From assembly GCA_029259715.1 (NCBI GenBank), contig JAJDEP010000003.1:301370-365369 (forward strand): a DNA stretch of 64,000 nucleotides, given 5' to 3'. The notes under the pieces are model-generated. The model saw only the letters and a list, made by a program, of their open reading frames with translations. It ran no database searches and was not told the DNA's origin. Shown piece after piece: positions 1-7,977 of this stretch. Position 1 is the first letter of the stretch. Each line of letters opens with the position of its first letter. Made by a program: the position numbers and the translations under genes. The stretch is from Planctomycetota bacterium (GTDB lineage: Bacteria > Planctomycetota > B15-G4).

Positions 1-74
1 TCACGACGGCGCGGGTGCGGCGGGCGAGGCCCGGGGCCATGGTGGGCAGGTAGCCGACGTAGAATTCGTCGCGC

Positions 75-1199
75 TCAGGCACCGTTCGGCTCCTCGGGTG
101 GCGGCGCACCGGGCCGGGACGCCACGGACGTGGTCGCGCCGTCGATGGTCGCGGGCGTCACGGCGGTGCCGGCCGGCAGCGGCGTTGGGTGCACGAGCAC
201 CCGACCGGCGCTCACGCGGGCGCGGAAGGTCGGCACCCGCTCGTTGAAGGGCGGCGGCGAGCGGCCGTCCTCCGGGCGGTACTGGTAGCCGTGCCAGGGA
301 CAGGTGATGCAGCCGTCGATGATGCGGCCCTCGCCCAGGGGCCCGTTCTGGTGCTGGCAGGCATTCGACAGGGCCGCGATGGAGCCCGCGTGCCGGAACA
401 CCGCCACCCGCTCGCCGGAGAGGCAGGCCACGTGGGCCCGGCCCTCGGCGATGTCGTCCACGGCGCAGACGTCGACGAAGCCGTCGGCGGTGTCCGTGCC
501 CACCGCGCCGCGCGCCCCGCCGGGCGCCCGCTCGCGATCGCCGCGTCGCTCGCGCACGGCCGACGCGAGGTGCAGCCCGAAGACCGCCGTCATCCCCACC
601 AGCAGCAGGGCCTCGTTGGCGCCGGCCGTCTCGGCCTGCAGCGTGCCGAGGACCACGTGCATGACCACCAGTCCGTAGGCCACGTACACGAGCATGTGCA
701 GCGCCTTCCAGACCGGCGGCGTGAGGTTCGCCAGCCAGAAGTCGTGGCTCGTGGCCGCCATCAGGAACAGGATCCCCAGCGCGGCCAGGCCCAGGGGCTG
801 GAACGGGAACTGCGCCAGGTCGTCGACGCGCGGGTTGCTCGACAGCAGGCTCACCAGCGGATTCACGTTGCCGCCGGCGTGGAACTGGATCAGCGAGAAG
901 CCGCCGTGCACCAGGGCCAGCGCGAACAGGCTCACGCCCAGGTGGCGCCGGTTGTAGAGCAGCGGCAGGAAGCGCGGGTCGAGCCGGCACAGCGGGCCGA
1001 TGACGAGCACCAGGTGCAACAACACGAACGCGCCCGTGCCGGAGCCGCGGATCAGCACCGTCTCGAAGGTGACGTCGGGCGAGAAGACGAACTGCACCGC
1101 CGCGAACACGACCAGGTAGGCCAGCACGGCCCCCGCCACGAGCTTGTCGTAGCGCTTCTTCTGCGGGTTCCAGCCGACAGCCTGATACGCGTGGGCCAT
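75..1199 (-). CDS. ferric reductase-like (MsrQ/YedZ-type heme-b) transmembrane domain fused to C-terminal Rieske [2Fe-2S] domain
   Basis: 375-aa ORF, ATG at 1199 (MAHAYQAVGW...). About 6 hydrophobic helices carry conserved His (LLHLVLV, LALVHGG, HMLVYVAYGLVVMHVV). The C-terminus has a CxH...CxxH signature (ACQHQ ... CITCPWHGYQY). Stop TGA at 75-77. The real gene is the C-terminal part of the 632-aa track ORF. Confidence 0.75.
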   Translation of the reverse strand: MAHAYQAVGWNPQKKRYDKLVAGAVLAYLVVFAAVQFVFSPDVTFETVLIRGSGTGAFVLLHLVLVIGPLCRLDPRFLPLLYNRRHLGVSLFALALVHGGFSLIQFHAGGNVNPLVSLLSSNPRVDDLAQFPFQPLGLAALGILFLMAATSHDFWLANLTPPVWKALHMLVYVAYGLVVMHVVLGTLQAETAGANEALLLVGMTAVFGLHLASAVRERRGDRERAPGGARGAVGTDTADGFVDVCAVDDIAEGRAHVACLSGERVAVFRHAGSIAALSNACQHQNGPLGEGRIIDGCITCPWHGYQYRPEDGRSPPPFNERVPTFRARVSAGRVLVHPTPLPAGTAVTPATIDGATTSVASRPGAPPPEEPNGA

Positions 1200-1702
1200 C
1201 AGCGCCCCTCCGTCGCCGGGAGGTTGGCGGGGACGTCCACCACGGCCACGACCTGCTGGCGGCTGAGGCTGTAGATCGCGAGTTGCCCCGCCACCACCCA
1301 GGGCATCTCGAAGTCCTGGGGTCCGATCCCGCGCAGCTGTCCGAGCAGGATCGCCCGCTCCGGCAGCGGGCCGCCGACGTGGTCGAGGGTGTCGGCCTCG
1401 ACCCAGTACACGAGCGGATCCGGCAGGCGCAGCGGGTCGGGCGCGGCGAGCGTGACCCACAGCTCTTCGCCGGGCAGGACCCGCGCCGCGCCACTCCAGG
1501 AGGCCACCAGGGCCTCGGCCCCCTCGGAGGCGCGCACGGGCAGAGGCTCTCCGGCGGAGACCGGCAGCGGTTCGGCCGGCGACCACCCGCGGGCCTGCGA
1601 CGTCCAGGGGCGCGCCCCCAGCGCCGCGCCGGCCCCCATGGCCACCGCGAGCATGAGCACGACCTGCATCACGAAGTGTCGACGACGCGCCGCGCGGATC
1701 AT
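1199..1702 (-). CDS. hypothetical secreted protein (signal peptide), translationally coupled to downstream heme-TM/Rieske gene
   Basis: 168 aa from ATG at 1702 (MIRAARRRHFVMQVVLMLAVAMGAGAAL = signal-peptide-like). Its stop TGA overlaps the ATG of the 75..1199 gene (ATGA at 1199-1202, minus strand). No recognisable family. Confidence 0.5.
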   Translation of the reverse strand: MIRAARRRHFVMQVVLMLAVAMGAGAALGARPWTSQARGWSPAEPLPVSAGEPLPVRASEGAEALVASWSGAARVLPGEELWVTLAAPDPLRLPDPLVYWVEADTLDHVGGPLPERAILLGQLRGIGPQDFEMPWVVAGQLAIYSLSRQQVVAVVDVPANLPATEGR

Positions 1703-2040
1703 GGGCCGCGTCCCCCGCTGGATGCATGGGCGCCAGCGCCGTCGGCGAGGTCGTACTCGGCGGCAGCGTCGGTTGCGCTGGCGGCGGCCTGAGCCGCGCG
1801 GCGGTGGGCGTTGTGCTCGACCGGCGGCGCGGTCTGCCCGCCCCACCAGCGCTTGAGCAGCAGGGGCCAAAGGGCCGCCACCCCGGGGAGGATCGCGAGG
1901 CGGAATCCGCGCGTGCCTTCGCGGGCATCGGGATCGATGCGTCCGACACCCTTGCTGACGAAGGCGAGGGCAAAGACCACGCCGATCAGCGCGTACAGGC
2001 CGAGCGCCCTCACCACCCAGACTGCGGTCTGCTCCGACAT
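1699..2040 (-). CDS. small two-TM membrane protein, first gene of coupled operon
   Basis: 113 aa from ATG at 2040 (MSEQTAVWVVRALGLYALIGVVFALAFV...ILPGVAALWPLLLKRWWGG). Its stop TGA overlaps the ATG at 1702 (ATGA). The upstream part of the long 1699..3174 track ORF is antisense to a confidently called gene and was rejected. Confidence 0.45.
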   Translation of the reverse strand: MSEQTAVWVVRALGLYALIGVVFALAFVSKGVGRIDPDAREGTRGFRLAILPGVAALWPLLLKRWWGGQTAPPVEHNAHRRAAQAAASATDAAAEYDLADGAGAHASSGGRGP

Positions 2041-2295
2041 CGCGCTTCCGCCTCTGCTCTGCAGGCTCTGCCCGCTCGCTCCGGTCCGGGCCTCTCGATC
2101 CGGCCCGGCCCGTTCGTTCCCGTGTGCGCCATTCGATGCCATGGCGCGGGAGGAGTCACCAGGAAAACGCCGGGGCCGGAAATGCCGTAATCTCTCGCCC
2201 TGCGCGACATCCCACCGGGGTCGCCGTCGGGAACCGCGGGCGGGCCGTGTCGGCAGACGCGCCTCCGCCAAAGCCATCGAGGGAGGAGTCGAAGC

Positions 2296-3918
2296 ATGCG
2301 TCGCACCGAAGTCGCCCGATCCGCCGATCTGAAGGACCGCACCCCCGCTCACGCCCTCGTGGAAGGCGTCGACCTCGTGGTCGTGCGCTGGGACGACAAG
2401 ATCTCGGTGCTCTACGGGCGCTGCCTGCACCGCGGCGCGCTCATGGCCGACGGGCGCGTCGACGGCCACAACCTGATCTGCGGCGTGCACGACTGGGACT
2501 ACCGCCTCGACACCGGTGTGAGCGAATACAACAACGACGAAGTCCTGCAGACCTTCCCCTGCGGCGAGGACGACGGCGCGGTATGGGTCGACGCCGACGC
2601 CGTGGCGGCCTTTGCGCAGGAACATCCCCAGCCCTACGACCGCGACGCCTACCAGGGCATCTACCAGGACGGCACGGGGACCGGCGACGAACCCCACGTG
2701 AAGCTGATCCAGCAGCTCGCCGAGCATGGCCTGTCGAAGACGGGCCACCACGGCCCGGCCGCCGCCATGGGCGTGCCCCGCGGTGATCTGCCGAGCTGGG
2801 ACGACATCCAGTTCGTCACCAAGCAGCTGCACGAGGTGCCCCTGCTCGACGAGGACCCGGTGGGCACCGAGGTCGTCATCGGCCCCGGCGCGAAGAAGCC
2901 GCTGAAGCTCGAGATCCCGCTGTTCGTCTCGGACATGAGCTTCGGCGCCCTCTCCGAGGAGGCCAAGGTGGCCCTCGCCATGGGCGCCGACCAGGCCGGC
3001 ACGGGCATCTGCTCGGGCGAGGGCGGCATGCTGCCCGACGAGCAGGCCGCCAACGGCCGCTACTTCTACGAGCTGGCCTCGGCTCGCTTCGGCTTCGCCA
3101 TGGAGAAGCTGCGGCTCGTGCAGGCCTTCCACTTCAAGGGCGGCCAGGGCGCAAAGACCGGCACCGGCGGACATCTCCCCGGCAGCAAGGTCAAAGGCCG
3201 CATCGCGCAGGTGCGCGGGTTGCCCGAGGGCGAACCGGCCATCTCACCGGCGCGCTTCCCCGAGTGGACCTCGCCCGAACCCTTCAAGGAGTTCGCCGAG
3301 GTGGTGCGCGAGGAGACCGGCGGCATTCCCATCGGCTTCAAGCTCTCGGCGCAGCACATCGAGCGCGATCTCGACGCGGCCCTCCACATCGGCGTCGACT
3401 ACGTCATCCTCGACGGTCGCGGCGGCGGCACCGGCGCGGCGCCGCTGCTGTTCCGCGACAACATCTCGGTGCCCACCATCCCCGCCCTGGCCCGGGCCCG
3501 CCGTCACCTCGACGCCAGCGGCGCCGACGACGTCACGCTCGTCATCACCGGCGGCCTGCGCACCCCCGCCGACTTCGCCAAGGCCCTGGCCCTCGGCGCC
3601 GACGCCATCGCCGTGTCCAACGCGGCCCTGCAGGCCATCGGCTGCCTCGGGATGCGCGCCTGCCACACCAACAACTGCCCCGTGGGCATCGCCACCCAGA
3701 AGCAGCACCTGCGCGACCGCTTGCCCGTGAAAGAGGCCGCCGACCGCCTCGAGCGCTTCTTCCGCGCCGCCACCGACCTCATGTGCGTCATGGCGCGGGC
3801 TTGCGGCCACGATCACCTCGGGAAGTTCGAGCTCGACGACCTGACCACCTGGAAGAGCGAGATGGCGAAGCTCAGCGGGGTGGAATTCGGCGGGGTGCGG
3901 GAGCCGAGTCAGTACTGA
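2296..3918 (+). CDS. Rieske [2Fe-2S] domain fused to glutamate-synthase-like FMN-binding domain (GltS domain-2 family) protein
   Basis: 540 aa. The N-terminus has CLHRG...CGVHDWDY (CxH/CxxH Rieske). The remainder matches the GltB FMN/Fe-S domain family (SDMSFGALSEEAKVALA, GEGG, ILDGRGGGTGAAP, ITGGLRTPADFAKALALGADA, HTNNCPVGIATQ). Confidence 0.9.
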   Translation: MRRTEVARSADLKDRTPAHALVEGVDLVVVRWDDKISVLYGRCLHRGALMADGRVDGHNLICGVHDWDYRLDTGVSEYNNDEVLQTFPCGEDDGAVWVDADAVAAFAQEHPQPYDRDAYQGIYQDGTGTGDEPHVKLIQQLAEHGLSKTGHHGPAAAMGVPRGDLPSWDDIQFVTKQLHEVPLLDEDPVGTEVVIGPGAKKPLKLEIPLFVSDMSFGALSEEAKVALAMGADQAGTGICSGEGGMLPDEQAANGRYFYELASARFGFAMEKLRLVQAFHFKGGQGAKTGTGGHLPGSKVKGRIAQVRGLPEGEPAISPARFPEWTSPEPFKEFAEVVREETGGIPIGFKLSAQHIERDLDAALHIGVDYVILDGRGGGTGAAPLLFRDNISVPTIPALARARRHLDASGADDVTLVITGGLRTPADFAKALALGADAIAVSNAALQAIGCLGMRACHTNNCPVGIATQKQHLRDRLPVKEAADRLERFFRAATDLMCVMARACGHDHLGKFELDDLTTWKSEMAKLSGVEFGGVREPSQY

Positions 3919-3983
3919 GCGAACGGCGCTTACGGTCGGAACGCCGGACGGGCACTGCACGTCGCCCCGGCGGGAATCGAGGA

Positions 3984-4033
3984 GGAATTCGTCCGACACG
4001 CGCGCTGCGCGCGCTAAGGATCGGCCGAATTCC
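3984..4033. terminator. GC-rich imperfect palindrome downstream of the Rieske-GltS gene (putative intrinsic terminator)
   Basis: GGAATTCGTCCGA (3984-3996) and TCGGCCGAATTCC (4021-4033) are inverted repeats with 1 mismatch. They flank an inner palindrome CGCGCGCTGCGCGCG (3997-4018). No clear U-tract. Confidence 0.35.
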
Positions 4034-4240
4034 CCCTCGATCTCCCTTGGGGCGACTGGCCTGACCGCAGCTTCCGCCAGGTTTCGATTGGGCGCTGGAC
4101 TGACCGCCCCGACGGACTCTTGGCGCATGGGGTGGCATGCATTCCCTCTCGTCAGTGGCCAGGCATTGCAACCGTCAAGCAGACCGGGCCGAGGTTCGGC
4201 TTTGCTCGGGGCAGGTGAATTCATGCAGAGGCAACGAGGA

Positions 4241-6871
4241 ATGGGGCGGATGAAGCGACGCATCAGCTTCGCCATCGTCGGCGCGGTCCTGGGGGTGATT
4301 GTCGCCCCCGGCCTGAACGCGCAAGACAACCCGAACTACGCCCTGCGCCAGTATCCCCTGCGCGTCTTCGTGAGCGCCTCGGCACTCACGGACATCAATG
4401 GAGACTCGATCCCCGACTTCATCGCCGCCGGGAGATCGTCGTTCTCATCGCCCCCAGCCATCGCCGACCAGCTCCAGGTGCACCTCGGTCAGGGCGACGG
4501 GACCTTTGCTCCCAACCACATGCAAGCGGCGCTCGGTCGCACATGGGGCATCGCTTCGGGCGATTTCGATGAAGACGGCATCGGCGACGTCGCCCTGTGC
4601 AACGGCGACTTCGTCAACGAACCGCGGACTCTCCGTGTGCTGCGAGGGACTCGGGCCGGATCACTGCAAGAGACCTGGTCTGACGATCACGGTTCCCAGG
4701 TCTCCGCCATCGCCGCCGGCGACATGAACGGCGATGGACACCTCGACCTGATCCTGGTCCAGCACGGCACGAACCCGTCGCTGCTCGTCGTACACCTCGG
4801 AGCCGGGGACGGGACATTCCCCCTGCGCATCGTAAACCCAGCGCCCTTCGTCAGCTATGACATCGACGTCGCGGACTTCGACGGCGACGGGAAACTCGAT
4901 GTCGTGGCTCCCCAATGGGGCGACGTGGAAAACGTCTCGTTGTTCCGGGGCAATGGAAACGGCCTCCTGCAGGCGGGCACGCCCGTGGCGCCGGACAGCA
5001 GTTTCCTCACCACGCACGTCGAGGTGGGCGACGTCAACGGCGACGCCCGCCCCGACCTGTTGATCCAACTCACCTATCCGAAGCTCCTGCTCAATGCCGG
5101 TGATGGAGAGTTCTCCCCGGTGCCGCCGACAACCGTCGGTCCCGCCGTCCTCGTCTCAGGACTCGTCCGCCTTCACGACTTCGATGGCGACGGCCGGGAC
5201 GACCTGATCGCCAACGCCTCTCCAAACATCTATGTCCCTCCGTATCCGGGGAGCCGCATCTGGCGCGCGAACGAAGGCGGCTCCCTCGTTCCTGACGGCG
5301 CAGCATTCACATCCACGGCCATCGGCCCCGACGCGCACCTCGCCGACCTCGACTGCGACGGGTCCGTCGACGTGGTCGCAGCATTCTCGGGAGGCGGCAC
5401 CTTCTTCGCCGTCGTCATGGGACATCGCGGTGTCGGCCTGCGCCCCGAGACATTCGTCGATGTCACCGAGCCCTCGGGATTCATCGACTCGCCGTTGGCC
5501 CGCATCCAGGACGTCGTTCTCGCCGACATGGACCTCGACGGCACGACCGACATGGTTCTCGCGAACCGCCGCTCAGAACCACACCCACAGGGATCCTTGA
5601 TCACAGTCGTCCAAGGCGGCCCCGACCTCGCCGACACCACGACGAATTGGAGCACCCTCGTCACCGGCAATCCGACGGAGATCGCCGTGGGGCGGCTCAA
5701 CGGTGACCAGTGGCCCGACGTCGTCCTGGTCGACCCCACCCTGGAGAAGCTCAAGCAACTCAACGGTCACGGCGACGGCATCCTGAACTCGCCCATCGTG
5801 CGCGACGTCGACGGAATCCCTCGCGACGTCGCGCTGGCCGACATGGACGCCGACGGCGACAACGACATCGTCCTCCTGACGGTTGCGCCCGACACCATCC
5901 AAGTGATGTCCAATCAAGGCGGGAACGTCTTCGACACGATCGATGTTGAAGTGCTGCCGTCCACCGCGTGGGAGCTCGCCATCGCGGATGCCAATGACGA
6001 CGGTCACCAGGACGTGATCATCCGACGGTCTTCGGAGAGCGATCTCGCCCTCTTCTCCGGATCGCCGACGGGAGAACTCACCGCGTCGGGCAGCGTGGCC
6101 TTTCCGGGCGCAATCAATTCCTTCCTGCTTCGCGATGTCGACCGGGACGGCCACCTCGACGCCTTGGCGACCGACTGGTTCGAGCACGGCCTCTTCATCC
6201 GTTGGGGACGGGGCGGCTGGCACTTCGAGGCTCCCGAGACCGTGTCGTTGGCGTCCCTCGGCGACTCGATCGCCATCGGCGACTTCAACGACGACGGCCG
6301 CACGGACATCGCCGTCAGCCACGGCTTCGTCGGTGCCCATGTGTCCTTTCTCTTGGGCCGTGGAAATCGCGACCTCGCACCGCCCGTTCAATACCAGACC
6401 GCCGGCAACACCCACCCCTTGCGTGCGGGTGACGTCGACGGCGACGGCGTGACCGACCTCGTCAGCGGGGGCGGTGGCAACGTCGGCCTGCTCATCGATC
6501 TCCCCCATGGCTCGTGGAAGAATCTCGGTCATCCGCTCTCCCTCGCGCCCCACGTGCCCCGACTCTGCGGCGCCGCCGCCGACGGCAACTCAAACACCAT
6601 CGGCTACGTACTGGACTTGGCGCCCCCCTTCGCACGCACGGCGCTCTTCCTGAGCCCCCGCCGCGGCGACACCCCCTTCCAAGGCGGCACCCTCGTCCCG
6701 ACGCCGGCCCTCATGCTCGACCTTGGATTCGCCGACTCAGCCGGCCAGCTGACGATCGAGACCGGCATCCCCCCCGGCCTCCCCCAAGGCGTCGACCTCT
6801 ACGCCCAAGCCTGGCTGCAGTCCGGCGGCTCGATCGCCGCCAGCAACGCCCTCGTCACCACGCTGCCGTAA
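4241..6871 (+). CDS. FG-GAP/VCBS-repeat (integrin-alpha-like beta-propeller) secreted protein
   Basis: About 876 aa from ATG 4241 (MGRMKRRISFAIVGAVLGVIVAPGLNAQ, signal peptide; GAGGAA just upstream). Many DxDGDG/DxNGDG Ca-binding FG-GAP repeats (DFDGDGKLDVV, DVNGDARPDLL, DFDGDGRDDLI, DMDLDGTTDMV, DMDADGDNDIV, DVDRDGHLDAL, DFNDDGRTDIA, DVDGDGVTDLV). Confidence 0.85.
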   Translation: MGRMKRRISFAIVGAVLGVIVAPGLNAQDNPNYALRQYPLRVFVSASALTDINGDSIPDFIAAGRSSFSSPPAIADQLQVHLGQGDGTFAPNHMQAALGRTWGIASGDFDEDGIGDVALCNGDFVNEPRTLRVLRGTRAGSLQETWSDDHGSQVSAIAAGDMNGDGHLDLILVQHGTNPSLLVVHLGAGDGTFPLRIVNPAPFVSYDIDVADFDGDGKLDVVAPQWGDVENVSLFRGNGNGLLQAGTPVAPDSSFLTTHVEVGDVNGDARPDLLIQLTYPKLLLNAGDGEFSPVPPTTVGPAVLVSGLVRLHDFDGDGRDDLIANASPNIYVPPYPGSRIWRANEGGSLVPDGAAFTSTAIGPDAHLADLDCDGSVDVVAAFSGGGTFFAVVMGHRGVGLRPETFVDVTEPSGFIDSPLARIQDVVLADMDLDGTTDMVLANRRSEPHPQGSLITVVQGGPDLADTTTNWSTLVTGNPTEIAVGRLNGDQWPDVVLVDPTLEKLKQLNGHGDGILNSPIVRDVDGIPRDVALADMDADGDNDIVLLTVAPDTIQVMSNQGGNVFDTIDVEVLPSTAWELAIADANDDGHQDVIIRRSSESDLALFSGSPTGELTASGSVAFPGAINSFLLRDVDRDGHLDALATDWFEHGLFIRWGRGGWHFEAPETVSLASLGDSIAIGDFNDDGRTDIAVSHGFVGAHVSFLLGRGNRDLAPPVQYQTAGNTHPLRAGDVDGDGVTDLVSGGGGNVGLLIDLPHGSWKNLGHPLSLAPHVPRLCGAAADGNSNTIGYVLDLAPPFARTALFLSPRRGDTPFQGGTLVPTPALMLDLGFADSAGQLTIETGIPPGLPQGVDLYAQAWLQSGGSIAASNALVTTLP

Positions 6872-6961
6872 CCACCGGTCGAGCGGGCCAGGCCCCGCCA
6901 GGTCCCCCGCGACGCCGTCGGCGCGGATGCCCCCGGTGGCCGGAGCAGGTCACGGCGGGAT

Positions 6962-7046
6962 GTCCGAAAAAACGAGGGCAAATCCGTCGGATCCTTAGCG
7001 GGCGCAGCCCGCGTGTCCGACGGATTTCGTCCTCGTTTCTTTCGGA
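6962..7046. terminator. bidirectional intrinsic terminator between convergent genes
   Basis: GTCCGAAAAAACGAGGGCAAATCCGTCGGA (6962-6991) and TCCGACGGATTTCGTCCTCGTTTCTTTCGGAC (7015-7046) form a roughly 30-bp imperfect inverted repeat. The loop carries an inner GCGGGCgcaGCCCGC hairpin. A/T-runs on both sides give U-tracts for either strand. Confidence 0.6.
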
Positions 7047-7069
7047 CACACCTCCGGGAGCCCGCGCTC

Positions 7070-7699
7070 CTACTTCCCCTTCCGCATCAGCTCCGACAAC
7101 GCCACGATCGCCCGCCCGTAGGCCATGCGCGCCGCGTCCGACGAGGGATAGTCGAGAGCGTCGGCCACCTCCGACCAACTCGCGCCGGTGTAGTCGCGCT
7201 GGATGATCACCTCGCGGTAGTCGTTGCGCAGCTCGGCGATGGCGGTCTCCACCGCATCGATGTCTTCGCCCTGCATGGCGGCGTCGATGGGCAGCGGTCC
7301 GCTGGCGGCCGGGTCGAAGCCCAATGACGTGCTCGAGCCGCCCTCGGAGATGACGGGGAACGGCACGTTGCGCTTGCCGTCGCGCTTCTGGGCGCCGTGG
7401 TAGTCGGCGGCGGCGCGGATCTGGTTCTCGGCGATGGCGCTGAGCCAGTTGATCAGGCTCGACTCGGTGCGCACCTCGAAGCGGTCGAAGGCGCGCACGG
7501 CCGCCGTCAGCGTCTCTTGCACGATGTCCACCGACTCCATGTGCGTGCGCAGCTGACGCGACAGGCGCAGGCGCACGATGCGGCGCACCGGCTCGTAGTA
7601 GCGCTGCAACAGGGTGTTGAGGGCGGCCTCCTCGCCGTCCTGAGCCCGGCGCACCAACTCGATCGAGCGGGTGCAGTCGATATCGTCCTGATCGGTCAT
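7070..7699 (-). CDS. ECF-type RNA polymerase sigma-70 family factor (kinase-associated)
   Basis: 209 aa from ATG 7699 (MTDQDDIDCTRSIELVRRAQDGEEAALNTLLQRYYEPVRRIV...). Sigma-70 region 2 and region 4 features are present (IVQETLTAAVRAF...; C-terminal HTH ...EVADALDYPSSDAARMAYGRAIVAL). Divergently paired with the Ser/Thr kinase gene. Confidence 0.8.
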   Translation of the reverse strand: MTDQDDIDCTRSIELVRRAQDGEEAALNTLLQRYYEPVRRIVRLRLSRQLRTHMESVDIVQETLTAAVRAFDRFEVRTESSLINWLSAIAENQIRAAADYHGAQKRDGKRNVPFPVISEGGSSTSLGFDPAASGPLPIDAAMQGEDIDAVETAIAELRNDYREVIIQRDYTGASWSEVADALDYPSSDAARMAYGRAIVALSELMRKGK

Positions 7700-7977
7700 C
7701 TCGCCCCGGAAAGTCCTGCCGCGGACCGCCGCGGCACCACAAGCATCGGCCCCTCGTCGCAAGCCTTCCGGCTGCCCCACGGCGACGGGCTTGTGGTCAT
7801 GATAGCGACGACAGCCCCTGAAGCAGCGGTTACCCTGATCGGCGCACAAGGGGGGCTGTTCCGGGGGAATCTGGGGGGTGCCGTTCGGTCGGGGGCTGCT
7901 TGCCCCTGCGTGGGTGGGCTCCTGCTCCGGTCGGACGGCTCTTCGCTTCCGACCGGGCCCGTGGGCGCCCGGCAGCC

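Noticed and set aside
1-1494. 497-aa minus-strand ORF and several other long ORFs overlapping 75..1973.
   Set aside because: It is R/P/G/A-rich with no signal peptide or TM. It is antisense or out of frame to a confidently called heme-TM/Rieske gene. This is the typical high-GC six-frame artefact.
1699-3174. 491-aa minus ORF.
   Set aside because: Only its last 113 codons (1699..2040) look protein-like and fit the ATGA-coupled operon. The rest is antisense to the GltS-like gene.
3915-4036. Three EcoRI sites (GAATTC) within 120 bp.
   Set aside because: They are part of the palindromic terminator arms and of no independent biological meaning.
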